In this document: piece after piece, positions 48,580-56,611 of the stretch
How the letters are laid out: each line of letters starts with the position of its first letter
How positions within the stretch are numbered: the first letter of the stretch is position 1
Virus record (IMG/VR): IMGVR_UViG_3300042863_001519
Span: 1-64,000 of that record
Source: a virus
DNA: 64,000 bases
Strand: one strand, 5' to 3'
Translations under genes and position numbers: made by a program
Notes under the pieces: model-generated
Database searches by the model: none
What the model was told of the DNA's origin: nothing
Seen by the model: only the letters and a program-made list of their open reading frames with translations

Positions 48580-49455
48580 CAGGTATGTTAACTTATAGTT
48601 TCCTATAAGATCGGACTATATCATCACCCTTCTCATTAAGAGTTAGGGGCCGGGCACTTATACTGGTAATTAAGAACACTATAGTTCTCCAGTAGTCTCT
48701 GAACCTTTATAGAGTGTACTCTATACTTGGATGCTGATTGGCATATCATTTCTGACTTAGCTTTCCAGCAGTTCACCTCGGTTTTTATTTTCATCCATCT
48801 CTGGAAGGGGTTTCATGGCTCTTTTGTAATTTCTAAGTTCTAAAATAGACATAGGTTTGAGATACTCTTTTTCAAAGTTGCAACTAGCAAAATCTTTAAA
48901 ATAATATCTGTTTGCAGAATCATAAAATATAGCAGCATAAAAAGAATCTTTAAATCTTCCAATTTTTGTTGGACCAGCTCCTTTTTTTATAGTAATTGAA
49001 GAGGAATAATAATGATAAATTTTTCTACCGTTATTATCAGATGTAAGTTGTACACCTCTATATCCGGTTTTATTATCTACCCTTAATAACTTCTTTTTAC
49101 TATTGTTTTCATTAGTACATACTCTAAGATTAACAATTCTATTGTCATCTTTTATGTTGTTAATATGATCAATTTGCATATTATCAGGAATTAATGTACC
49201 TGTATGCAAAAACCAACATAATCTGTGGTATGTGCTTCTATATTCTATATTATCTACTGTAATGTAGATACATTCTCTATAACCTTTTATTGTCTTTCTT
49301 GTGTAAAGTCTATTTTTACGAATGTTGTTTATCTCACCAGTATTGAGATCATAACTAAACATACGCTTGAACACATCTTTTACTCTTTCAGAACTTGCTT
49401 CATTAAATGTTTTTCGGACTCTTTTCATGAAGCAAATATACAAAATTTTATTCTT
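48580..49455 (-). ncRNA. Group I intron (876 nt) with homing endonuclease in the P1 loop
   Basis: Exon U before the 5' splice site; terminal G; IGS GAGCCAUGAAACCC (48821-48808) pairs with both exons; core segments AACUGCUGGAAA, AAUCAGCA, UUCAGAGACUA, GAUAUAGUCC. Confidence 0.93.
48757..49428 (-). CDS. Intron-encoded HNH-AP2 homing endonuclease
   Basis: YHRLCW...IDHINNIKDDNRIVNLR; NKTGYRGV...IGRF...AAIFYD is AP2-like; likely start MKRV. Confidence 0.9.
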   Translation of the reverse strand: MKRVRKTFNEASSERVKDVFKRMFSYDLNTGEINNIRKNRLYTRKTIKGYRECIYITVDNIEYRSTYHRLCWFLHTGTLIPDNMQIDHINNIKDDNRIVNLRVCTNENNSKKKLLRVDNKTGYRGVQLTSDNNGRKIYHYYSSSITIKKGAGPTKIGRFKDSFYAAIFYDSANRYYFKDFASCNFEKEYLKPMSILELRNYKRAMKPLPEMDENKNRGELLES

Positions 49456-49573
49456 AAAACCCAATCATTGTAGTACTATCTCTCTTGGTAGAACCACCCA
49501 TCAGTGTGAGTGCATTTACATCAATTTGTCCTTTGTTCTCGATAAGGAGAAACTGCTTGTTTGTGTTTTCCAT
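49456..49573 (-). CDS. GHKL/HATPase-like protein, exon 1
   Basis: MENTNKQFLLIENKGQIDVNALTLMGGSTKRDSTTMIGF plus one T; splicing yields IGFYGSG. Confidence 0.88.
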
Positions 49574-49708
49574 TTTTTTTGTGTGTTTAAAAGTTAAAAA
49601 TGATTAATTTACCCAACTCCATGTTGGTACATCCATTTGAATTGCAAGTAACTCTACGTATTCTTTCATGTTTTTGTATTTACCTGTTAAAAAATTAATT
49701 ATTTGTGC

Positions 49709-50029
49709 TTATTTAGCACATTTTTCAAAGTGGAAAATTACCTCATTACTTACATCTGCTACCATACCGTAATCCTTACATAAACTGTATTTACTGTTAA
49801 GATATTGTAGCTGTTTATGTACCACTGCTATGTGTAGCCTAAACTGCTCAATACTCTTACTCCCCTTACGCCTCTTACACCTCATGCAGCTAGGGTATAA
49901 CTGGTTATTAGTGCTGTCTAGTTTTAATGTGCTAATGGTTAACGCATTACCGCAGTACGCACATTTACAGCCATACTTATTTAGCACTTGTAGCCGTTCC
50001 GATTGTGGTATTCTGATTTGTGTTGTCAT
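49709..50029 (-). CDS. HNH-like zinc-binding protein, catalytic His apparently lost
   Basis: KYGCKCAYCG...LYPSCMRCKRRKG, lacking the usual DH and N residues. Confidence 0.7.
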   Translation of the reverse strand: MTTQIRIPQSERLQVLNKYGCKCAYCGNALTISTLKLDSTNNQLYPSCMRCKRRKGSKSIEQFRLHIAVVHKQLQYLNSKYSLCKDYGMVADVSNEVIFHFEKCAK

Positions 50030-50289
50030 ATGCCGTTTATATTGTCCAAAATACTACCTATATAATGAGACCACAGCCCTTCTTTTTCTAGATACTTCTG
50101 CATATTATCTATTACACTTTTCATTTCAGGAGCTGCTGCACAGAGTTTGGCGTTTTCTTCTGCTTCATCCTCTCCTACATCTGTTGGAGATAATATATTG
50201 TCACCACTTCGGTCTAATATTTTCCAATTTTTCTCGTTTAAGTGCTCTAATACTGTTCTTACAGCATACCATTTCTTACTCTGTTCCAT
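50026..50289 (-). CDS. Hypothetical phage protein
   Basis: ENAKLCAAAPEM motif. Confidence 0.7.
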   Translation of the reverse strand: MEQSKKWYAVRTVLEHLNEKNWKILDRSGDNILSPTDVGEDEAEENAKLCAAAPEMKSVIDNMQKYLEKEGLWSHYIGSILDNINGI

Positions 50290-50464
50290 TTTCTATTATA
50301 CGGTTTTCGTTAACCTCTGTTATGCTCTGATTGTCTTCAGAGAATGTAAACATGCTTCTTATTACATCCCACCCTTTACCTGTCCATAGAGCTACTTCTC
50401 TTTTTTTAGGATGTCCCACTGCATCTACTGTTACCCAGTAATAGCCTTTCTTTCTTCTTTTCAT
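50276..50464 (-). CDS. Hypothetical protein
   Basis: GYYWV...VALW.G..W. Confidence 0.6.
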   Translation of the reverse strand: MKRRKKGYYWVTVDAVGHPKKREVALWTGKGWDVIRSMFTFSEDNQSITEVNENRIIENGTE

Positions 50465-50467
50465 TTT

Positions 50468-50659
50468 CTACAGTTTTTCTAGATGATTAATACTCACACA
50501 GCCTGATATACCTTCTACATTACACACTGGGTGTCCTGCTCCTACATGCCATACAGCTGATGTTATAGTTGTGTCTGTTGGGTTGTATCGTTCTCCTGTT
50601 GATGTTATTACAGACCAGTATCTTACTGGTGTACCTGGTATTATTTCTTGTTCTTTCAT
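50468..50659 (-). CDS. Hypothetical protein
   Basis: PGTPVRY...VEGISGCVSINHL. Confidence 0.6.
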   Translation of the reverse strand: MKEQEIIPGTPVRYWSVITSTGERYNPTDTTITSAVWHVGAGHPVCNVEGISGCVSINHLEKL

Positions 50660-50668
50660 TTGGTTTTA

Positions 50669-50890
50669 TTAATTGTGAAAATCATCTTCTACTTCCCAGT
50701 ATCCTTGTTTAGTTACAGAAGAAGTTTCTTCTTGTTTTTCCTCATCTTGTATGAGTTTGTTAAAAGCTTTTTTCAATATGTCATGATCAACTTTTAGTTT
50801 AAAAAGTCTTTCTTCACATTCTACTTTGGCTGAATATCTACCAATAAGGTATGCACCTAGTGTAAAGATGCATATAAGAAACAGTTGCAT
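50669..50890 (-). CDS. Small membrane-anchored protein
   Basis: N-terminal TM segment; upstream TAAGTTTG. Confidence 0.6.
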   Translation of the reverse strand: MQLFLICIFTLGAYLIGRYSAKVECEERLFKLKVDHDILKKAFNKLIQDEEKQEETSSVTKQGYWEVEDDFHN

Positions 50891-50982
50891 TTTGTATAAA
50901 TTTTGAGGTTAACGTATGTACAAACTTAAAATAAAAAAGCCAGGAGTAGAAACTCCTAGCCATTTTTCACACACACAAATTA

Positions 50983-51228
50983 TCATCTTGGGTTCTCATC
51001 TAAATCTATTGCAGCATCTTCTTCTTTACCAAAGTAAGCTTCACTTTCTTCTCTAGTAATACCATTGATCAAAAACTCTCGATCATCTGCACAAAGATGA
51101 GGTACAATCTTTTGTATAGGTGTACCTGTTTCTCTTCTGTTTTGTACCTGAGCAAACTGCTCTTCTGTAATATCTATCTCCTGGGTATATCTCTTGCCGG
51201 AGAGGATTGATCTTTTAGTTATCTGCAT
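50983..51228 (-). CDS. Hypothetical phage protein
   Basis: IQ..VPHL.ADDREFLINGIT.EE motif. Confidence 0.7.
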   Translation of the reverse strand: MQITKRSILSGKRYTQEIDITEEQFAQVQNRRETGTPIQKIVPHLCADDREFLINGITREESEAYFGKEEDAAIDLDENPR

Positions 51229-52066
51229 TGCTTTTGCTTTTTTGCCAGAGTTCGTATAGTTGTTGTGATGTTTTATTTTTATATTCCTTACCCGGAGCTA
51301 CTTCAGTTCTGTTATACCATGATTTATCTTTTTCTGAAAAACTCCAAAAATTTTGTATAACCCATGTTGCAAACTCAATAGCATTATTAGCTTCTTGTTG
51401 TTCTTGCCATGTTGCTCCGGCTTTGAAATGGAATCTACCATATAGACTACCAGGAGCAGATAAGTTAGCAGCATCTTCAAGTTCTTTATCTTCAGAAGCG
51501 TTTCTTGTTTTCTCAATATACTCTTCAGGATTGTTGAGGAACTTTTCATAGCCTTTATCTGATTCAGATTGCTCTACTATAACAACTTTATTAGCTACTG
51601 TGAGTTTGAGATATTTTGTCATTATACCCAAAGCTCTATGTTCTACAAGTATATCTTCACCAACTATTTCTAACCTCACCATATCTATCTTCCCATCAAC
51701 ATCTACATACTGCTTTAAGAATGATTCTGGTATAGCAGGTAAACCTAATGAAGGGTCTGTTGATGCTACTATTTTTTCTGCTTTAGGGTGTTGATTTATT
51801 AAAGTCAGTATATGTGCCCATTTTGTTGTATCTATTTTATCATCGGTAGTGTTATAATACCAATCACCTCCTTTTATCTCTTCATCAGAAGTAAAGTAGA
51901 TATCAAATGGTTGTAATATTATACCATGACTTTTGTTAGTAATAAATGCATTTCTGTTTGGTGCTATGTTCCATTCTTTAATATTGTCTATACCAGTAAG
52001 ATGGCACATATTAGATTTTTCTGTTGGTAGCATTACTACCTGACAATTAATTGTTTCTTTATTCAT
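51215..52066 (-). CDS. Hypothetical protein, paralog of 52059..52880
   Basis: TSDEEIKGGDW...KIVASTD. Confidence 0.7.
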   Translation of the reverse strand: MNKETINCQVVMLPTEKSNMCHLTGIDNIKEWNIAPNRNAFITNKSHGIILQPFDIYFTSDEEIKGGDWYYNTTDDKIDTTKWAHILTLINQHPKAEKIVASTDPSLGLPAIPESFLKQYVDVDGKIDMVRLEIVGEDILVEHRALGIMTKYLKLTVANKVVIVEQSESDKGYEKFLNNPEEYIEKTRNASEDKELEDAANLSAPGSLYGRFHFKAGATWQEQQEANNAIEFATWVIQNFWSFSEKDKSWYNRTEVAPGKEYKNKTSQQLYELWQKSKSNADN

Positions 52067-52880
52067 GTCCTAGATCTTTTAGTGCTTGTTTGTAACCTGC
52101 TTCATAATCTCTTAAACAATTTTCCCACAATTGATGCTCACTTAAAATATTATCCTTACACTTATCGTCAGAGTTATAAAGATTATTTGAATGCTCTAAG
52201 GATTTTTTAAGAATCTCTTCATCAGTAGGAACAGATGGTTTAGATTGTTTTTCACGAATATCATGAGAAAGTTCTTGTAAAAAAGAGTCTTTGAGTTCAG
52301 GCGTTTCTGCATATCGCAATTTTTTGAGAATCTCTTTTTCACTACAAACTTTCTTACCAAACTCTAATAGTAGATTACCTTGAGGGTCGAGTTTTGTTGG
52401 GTCACCATACTTTACTTTACCTTTTACAACAGAACAATAAATAGTATCACCTATTTCAACACTCCCCTCTCCAGGTGTACCAGCATCTATCCAAGCCTGT
52501 ACTGTTTCTTTAGATATTGGTAGAGTACCTGGAAGTTGTGGGTATGAAGCGATTATTTTTTTGCACCAACCTAAACCTGTTTTATAATCTTCAAATTCTA
52601 TCCAACCATTTGTTTTATCTACCGATAAACATTTTCCTATGAGGTGTTTATATGGAGGTTGTCCAGCATCACAATAATCATGACATATATCACCTTCCTG
52701 TATCTCATCATCACTAAGAACCAGTAGTTGTTGTGCTCTTCCATTTTCCCCATCGGGATTATCGTTAGCTGCTATTAAATATTTCTTATCAATAGATGTG
52801 AGAGTATGAGAGCAAATATCACCTTTACCCCAACCTTCTTTATTCAAAGGTATAGTTACTATCTGTACTGTCTTTTTCAT
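52059..52880 (-). CDS. Hypothetical protein, paralog of 51215..52066
   Basis: LSDDEIQEGD...KKIIAS. Confidence 0.7.
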   Translation of the reverse strand: MKKTVQIVTIPLNKEGWGKGDICSHTLTSIDKKYLIAANDNPDGENGRAQQLLVLSDDEIQEGDICHDYCDAGQPPYKHLIGKCLSVDKTNGWIEFEDYKTGLGWCKKIIASYPQLPGTLPISKETVQAWIDAGTPGEGSVEIGDTIYCSVVKGKVKYGDPTKLDPQGNLLLEFGKKVCSEKEILKKLRYAETPELKDSFLQELSHDIREKQSKPSVPTDEEILKKSLEHSNNLYNSDDKCKDNILSEHQLWENCLRDYEAGYKQALKDLGHE

Positions 52881-52891
52881 GTTTATTGTTT

Positions 52892-53275
52892 TTATATAAG
52901 TGTTATTGCTTTTTCAATTACTGCTTGTCTTGCTTCATGATAAGATTCTGCCGCACCTCCAACATTTATGTAACAATCAACAAAATACCAACGATATAAT
53001 AACATAGTTGTAACACCCCTGCTAGTAGCAAAATCAACTAAATCTTTATCGTTCCTAGCTATGACAATGTGAATATTACGTTTCTCTCTAAACCAATCAA
53101 TGACTTGTTGCCAGAGTGGAGCTGCAATACATTCGCCTATACTCCTGAAGTTTTTAAAATCTGTATCGATTGGTTGTATTTCTTTTTCCCCGTCAAAATA
53201 AGCAAAACACTGTTTATCGAATCCTTTTTCCCTTAAATTAAGTGCTATCTCGTATGGTACAAATTCTTCTTCCAT
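52892..53275 (-). CDS. Hypothetical Bacteroidota-phage protein
   Basis: EFVPYEIAL.L.EKGFD...APLWQQVIDWFREK. Confidence 0.7.
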   Translation of the reverse strand: MEEEFVPYEIALNLREKGFDKQCFAYFDGEKEIQPIDTDFKNFRSIGECIAAPLWQQVIDWFREKRNIHIVIARNDKDLVDFATSRGVTTMLLYRWYFVDCYINVGGAAESYHEARQAVIEKAITLI

Positions 53276-53311
53276 GTTTGTATGTGTTTTTAAAAAGTTT
53301 CAGAAATAATA

Positions 53312-53353
53312 AAAATAAAAAAGAGAGTAGTGATCGAACAACACTACTCTCTT
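53312..53353 (-). terminator. Intrinsic terminator
   Basis: agagagtagtg/cactactctct stem plus U-run on the minus strand. Confidence 0.75.
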
Positions 53354-53420
53354 AGTTTGTTGGCATACGTTTGTCTGGTGACAACACTCATGTATACCTG
53401 TATAGCCATGGCAGCTATTG

Positions 53421-53441
53421 TGGACCTGCTCGGAGTCGAAC
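53421..53441 (-). other. Orphan tmRNA/tRNA 3' end (T-loop, T-stem 3' arm, acceptor 3' strand)
   Basis: GTTCGACTCCGAGCAGGTCCA directly after the HNH stop codon. Confidence 0.7.
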
Positions 53442-53981
53442 TTACACTGATTGATATGTTCTACCAGCACTAATATCCCTTATTACAGTCTCTTTTATTT
53501 TAAACTGTATAGCGATGTCTTTTACTTTCTTTTCTTTAGTTGCTAATAGTCTTTTTATTTCTATAGCATTTTCTCTAGACAGCTTTCTATTGCATATAGA
53601 TTGAAACTCTATTACTTTAGGCACATGATCAAACTTAGAGTAATGACCATGTACATATCTGCCATTTTGTTTTCCTTTAGCTTGTCTGAACTTGTTTACT
53701 TTATCTTGACAGTTGTCATTGTGTGTACCTACAGACAGATGAAAAGGATTTACACATGCTGGTACATCACAAGAATGCATGATTACTTTTCCTTCTGGTA
53801 TAGTTCTGTTATAGTAATACATATAAGCAACCCTATGTGCTCTATGATGTAGTTTACATCCATCTACAACTTCTTGAATAATACCATAGCCATCTCTACC
53901 TAGTCTTTTGTATAGTATACATTCGTTCTTATCTATATTCTGCAGATAAGGCTTTATTCTATTCATTACGCTTGTTGTCAT
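53442..53981 (-). CDS. HNH homing endonuclease (His-Cys type), free-standing
   Basis: DGYG...AHRVAY...VIMHSCDVPACVNPFHL..GTH.DN..D. Confidence 0.92.
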   Translation of the reverse strand: MTTSVMNRIKPYLQNIDKNECILYKRLGRDGYGIIQEVVDGCKLHHRAHRVAYMYYYNRTIPEGKVIMHSCDVPACVNPFHLSVGTHNDNCQDKVNKFRQAKGKQNGRYVHGHYSKFDHVPKVIEFQSICNRKLSRENAIEIKRLLATKEKKVKDIAIQFKIKETVIRDISAGRTYQSV

Positions 53982-54006
53982 ATCTCTATATTTTCAACAA
54001 AGATAA

Positions 54007-54049
54007 TAAAAAAGTGGAACTAATCTACATTAATAGTTCCACTTTTTTT
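54007..54049 (-). terminator. Terminator hairpin after tmRNA, abutting the HNH promoter (TATCTTTG at 54005-53998)
   Basis: aaaaaagtggaacta/tagttccactttttt inverted repeat. Confidence 0.75.
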
Positions 54050-54053
54050 GTAG

Positions 54054-54420
54054 TGGACCCGGAGGCATCCGAGAGCCTCGTCCAAACAGTGTTCCTCTCA
54101 AAAAAGTTACGACTATGACTTGTTTTTACTCTGCTGTCTTCAGAGATGCTTGAAAGTTCTGCATAATCTACATCTACTTACAACGTCAATAGTTTTTATT
54201 TTAAACAGTCAGATTTCTCTTCTTATCTGTGGTGAATTAGGCTGCTTCTGCTACTAGAGCATTTGCAAAGCACATATTAATAATACGTGCACCTTCTTCC
54301 TGACGAGCAACTTTTTCGTTGTTTGCATCTATTGTTTGAATCTATTTATTTAAAGGACTACATCCTTGTCCTTAGTCGCCTTTTCTACTATACTAGCTGC
54401 TGTCAAAACCAATCGGGCCC
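54054..54420 (-). ncRNA. ssrA: Phage-encoded tmRNA
   Basis: 5' GGGCCCGATTGGTTTTGAC; acceptor GGGCCCG/CGGGTCC-A with G3.U; tag frame 54326-54237 reads ANNEKVARQEEGARIINMCFANALVAEAA*; 367 nt; upstream TATTTTTG. Confidence 0.92.
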
Positions 54421-54485
54421 ATATTGTAATAATACACTCTGATCAGTTTCCTAACCAGAGTGCAAAAATAAACTAATAAACTTAA

Positions 54486-54638
54486 TTAGTTTGCTAATTT
54501 CTCAACAGTTTCTACAACAACATCATCATGTCCTACATCACGGTATTCATTGGCTAAATAGTCAGCTTCTTCTTTTGTAAGAAGGTAATTATTAACCTCA
54601 ATGCCCCCTACCCAAACGGTGTAAATCTTTTGTTTCAT
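54486..54638 (-). CDS. Small hypothetical protein, 50 aa (not in ORF track)
   Basis: MKQKIYTVWVGGIEVN...VEKLAN. Confidence 0.6.
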   Translation of the reverse strand: MKQKIYTVWVGGIEVNNYLLTKEEADYLANEYRDVGHDDVVVETVEKLAN

Positions 54639-54642
54639 AATA

Positions 54643-54906
54643 TTAGTTTGCTAATTTTTCAGCATGTTCATACTGTAACCATGTTTTATTTCGACCATCT
54701 GGGTGTTTCCAAACATTGTATTCTGTTTGATCATAGCAATAACCAGCTGCACCAAAGTGACCATTATCAACTACACATACCATGTTTGGTACAAACTCTT
54801 CATTTGATATTCTTGTAGCACCATCTGCTATAAGTGACCTTACTTTCTGATCAAAGCTTGAACCCAGTGGTAAGCTTCTGCTATCTTGGTTGATATACTT
54901 TCCCAT
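54643..54906 (-). CDS. Hypothetical phage protein
   Basis: VCVVDNG.F.AAGYC...DGR.K.WL. Confidence 0.7.
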   Translation of the reverse strand: MGKYINQDSRSLPLGSSFDQKVRSLIADGATRISNEEFVPNMVCVVDNGHFGAAGYCYDQTEYNVWKHPDGRNKTWLQYEHAEKLAN

Positions 54907-54990
54907 TGTGTGTAAAATTTAGATTGTTAAAAGAAAATAGCCGGAAATTGTTACATCCCCGGCTATTTGTTTACTTTGGTAAAAGAAGTA

Positions 54991-55368
54991 TTAGTCTTGG
55001 CTAACCATAGCTTTCCATGTTGGAAAATACGTATTACGAAGACCTTTTAATCTGCTGATGCCGGCTTCATAGCCTTCTATCTCTTTGTCTTTCTTGGCCA
55101 CATCATTCCACTGAACATTCTTAGTGTTTAACATACTAGCTCTAAACTTCTTCGCAGTATCCAGATCCCTTTGGGTAGCCGCTATGTTGGACTGCAAAGA
55201 GTTCAGATTGTCCAGAACATCGTAGGCTAGTTCCTGTGCTTCTACTTCCTGTGCTGATTGTTTCCTGATCTGTTCGTAGGTTAAGGGTTGTACCTGAATA
55301 CCCACTGTTTTGGTTGTTGATGTTGCTACTGTAGCTGTCTTGTTGCTGTTTCTGTTTGTTGTTGCCAT
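54991..55368 (-). CDS. Coiled-coil hypothetical protein
   Basis: Likely start MATTN; followed by a terminator hairpin at about 54936-54968. Confidence 0.65.
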   Translation of the reverse strand: MATTNRNSNKTATVATSTTKTVGIQVQPLTYEQIRKQSAQEVEAQELAYDVLDNLNSLQSNIAATQRDLDTAKKFRASMLNTKNVQWNDVAKKDKEIEGYEAGISRLKGLRNTYFPTWKAMVSQD

Positions 55369-56611
55369 TGTTTGTTGTTTGGTTTTTTGTTTTGTTATTA
55401 GTTGTATTATCTTCTTTTTCTTTACTCTCACTATAAGGTATCCAGTCACCTCTTTTTATGTAGTTGTCTATTTGTTTTGCAGTATATGAATAACGACTCA
55501 TTTTGTCTTCTCCATCTACTGTTTCCACTTTATAGTTATCTCTACTGACTTGTTTTATATACCAACCTTCTGTATTAGGTATATCTACATCATCAGCCAT
55601 ATCAGCAGGATTACAATATCTATCACCCACTTTCCATTTCCTACCAGCTGGTTGTTTCTGCTTACTAATATATTCTTCAGCAGCTTCAAAGGTACTGAAC
55701 AGTAGTTTATTATGGTCTTTATGGTTTTCTTTATCTGTAAACAGTACTTTATCACCTTTTTCGTTGCCATACCAGCTACCACTTGGGTTCAACCACCATA
55801 CTATATCTCCCTCATACACTTTAACACCATCAGTAGTAACAATAGACCACTTTTCTACAGCTGGTTGTTTTACTTGGTTGTCTGGTGTTGTTAGAATCTG
55901 TTTCCAGAGTTCGTATGGTACTATTGGTAGATCGTCTTCTTGCTTTTTTTCTGTTGGTATTACATCTTCTGGAGTTATTTTATACCAGATTCCATCACCA
56001 GTCCAGTGTATACCACCAGTTAACATTTTTAGATATTGAGCTATTTCACAAGACTCGCTATCAGGATTCTCTACCCAATACTCATCTGGTAGTACATCAC
56101 CATCCCATATATATAGTTCTGGTTTTTTAACAGCTACAGGTTCTACTTTGGTAACAGATGCTATTTCTTCAGGAGTAGCTGGTCTTATCTTATTTGCACT
56201 AGCTCCCCATTTTGTTAGTGCAGTATCTGTTCTGGTAATATTTCTTACACATACACTATCATTATTCACATTAATTACTTGGGTTACTGTACCTTCAGGA
56301 TCTCCACTTTGATCTTCTAGTATAACTACCCAATCACCTACTTCATACTCTATTGTTTCTTGATACTGTTGTAAGAACTGAGCAGCTGTTAGTTTTGTAG
56401 TAATAGGCCTACCTGTAATATATGCTATTTTCTTGTCTTTAGTAGTTTCTATGGTCTTAAAAGAACATGTTTGTTTTTCATGTGGTTTTTGTCCTGAGAA
56501 CCAGACCCACCCAGCATCTTCAAACACCTGCATTACATCTTTCCATTCTTGTTCTCCATTGAGCTCTATCCGTATATCTTCAGGGATAGGCGGTGCATTT
56601 GTTCTTTTCAT
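55142..56611 (-). CDS. Multidomain hypothetical protein with repeated beta-barrel-like modules
   Basis: YEVGDWV, VYEGDIV, WKVGDRY repeats; low-complexity tail overlaps the next gene. Confidence 0.65.
   Translation of the reverse strand: MKRTNAPPIPEDIRIELNGEQEWKDVMQVFEDAGWVWFSGQKPHEKQTCSFKTIETTKDKKIAYITGRPITTKLTAAQFLQQYQETIEYEVGDWVVILEDQSGDPEGTVTQVINVNNDSVCVRNITRTDTALTKWGASANKIRPATPEEIASVTKVEPVAVKKPELYIWDGDVLPDEYWVENPDSESCEIAQYLKMLTGGIHWTGDGIWYKITPEDVIPTEKKQEDDLPIVPYELWKQILTTPDNQVKQPAVEKWSIVTTDGVKVYEGDIVWWLNPSGSWYGNEKGDKVLFTDKENHKDHNKLLFSTFEAAEEYISKQKQPAGRKWKVGDRYCNPADMADDVDIPNTEGWYIKQVSRDNYKVETVDGEDKMSRYSYTAKQIDNYIKRGDWIPYSESKEKEDNTTNNKTKNQTTNNGNNKQKQQQDSYSSNINNQNSGYSGTTLNLRTDQETISTGSRSTGTSLRCSGQSELFAVQHSGYPKGSGYCEEV

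Noticed and set aside
53441-54070. Group I intron in the tmRNA T-loop
   Set aside because: No P/Q/R/S core elements in the interval, an internal terminator is present, and the tmRNA already has a complete 3' end.
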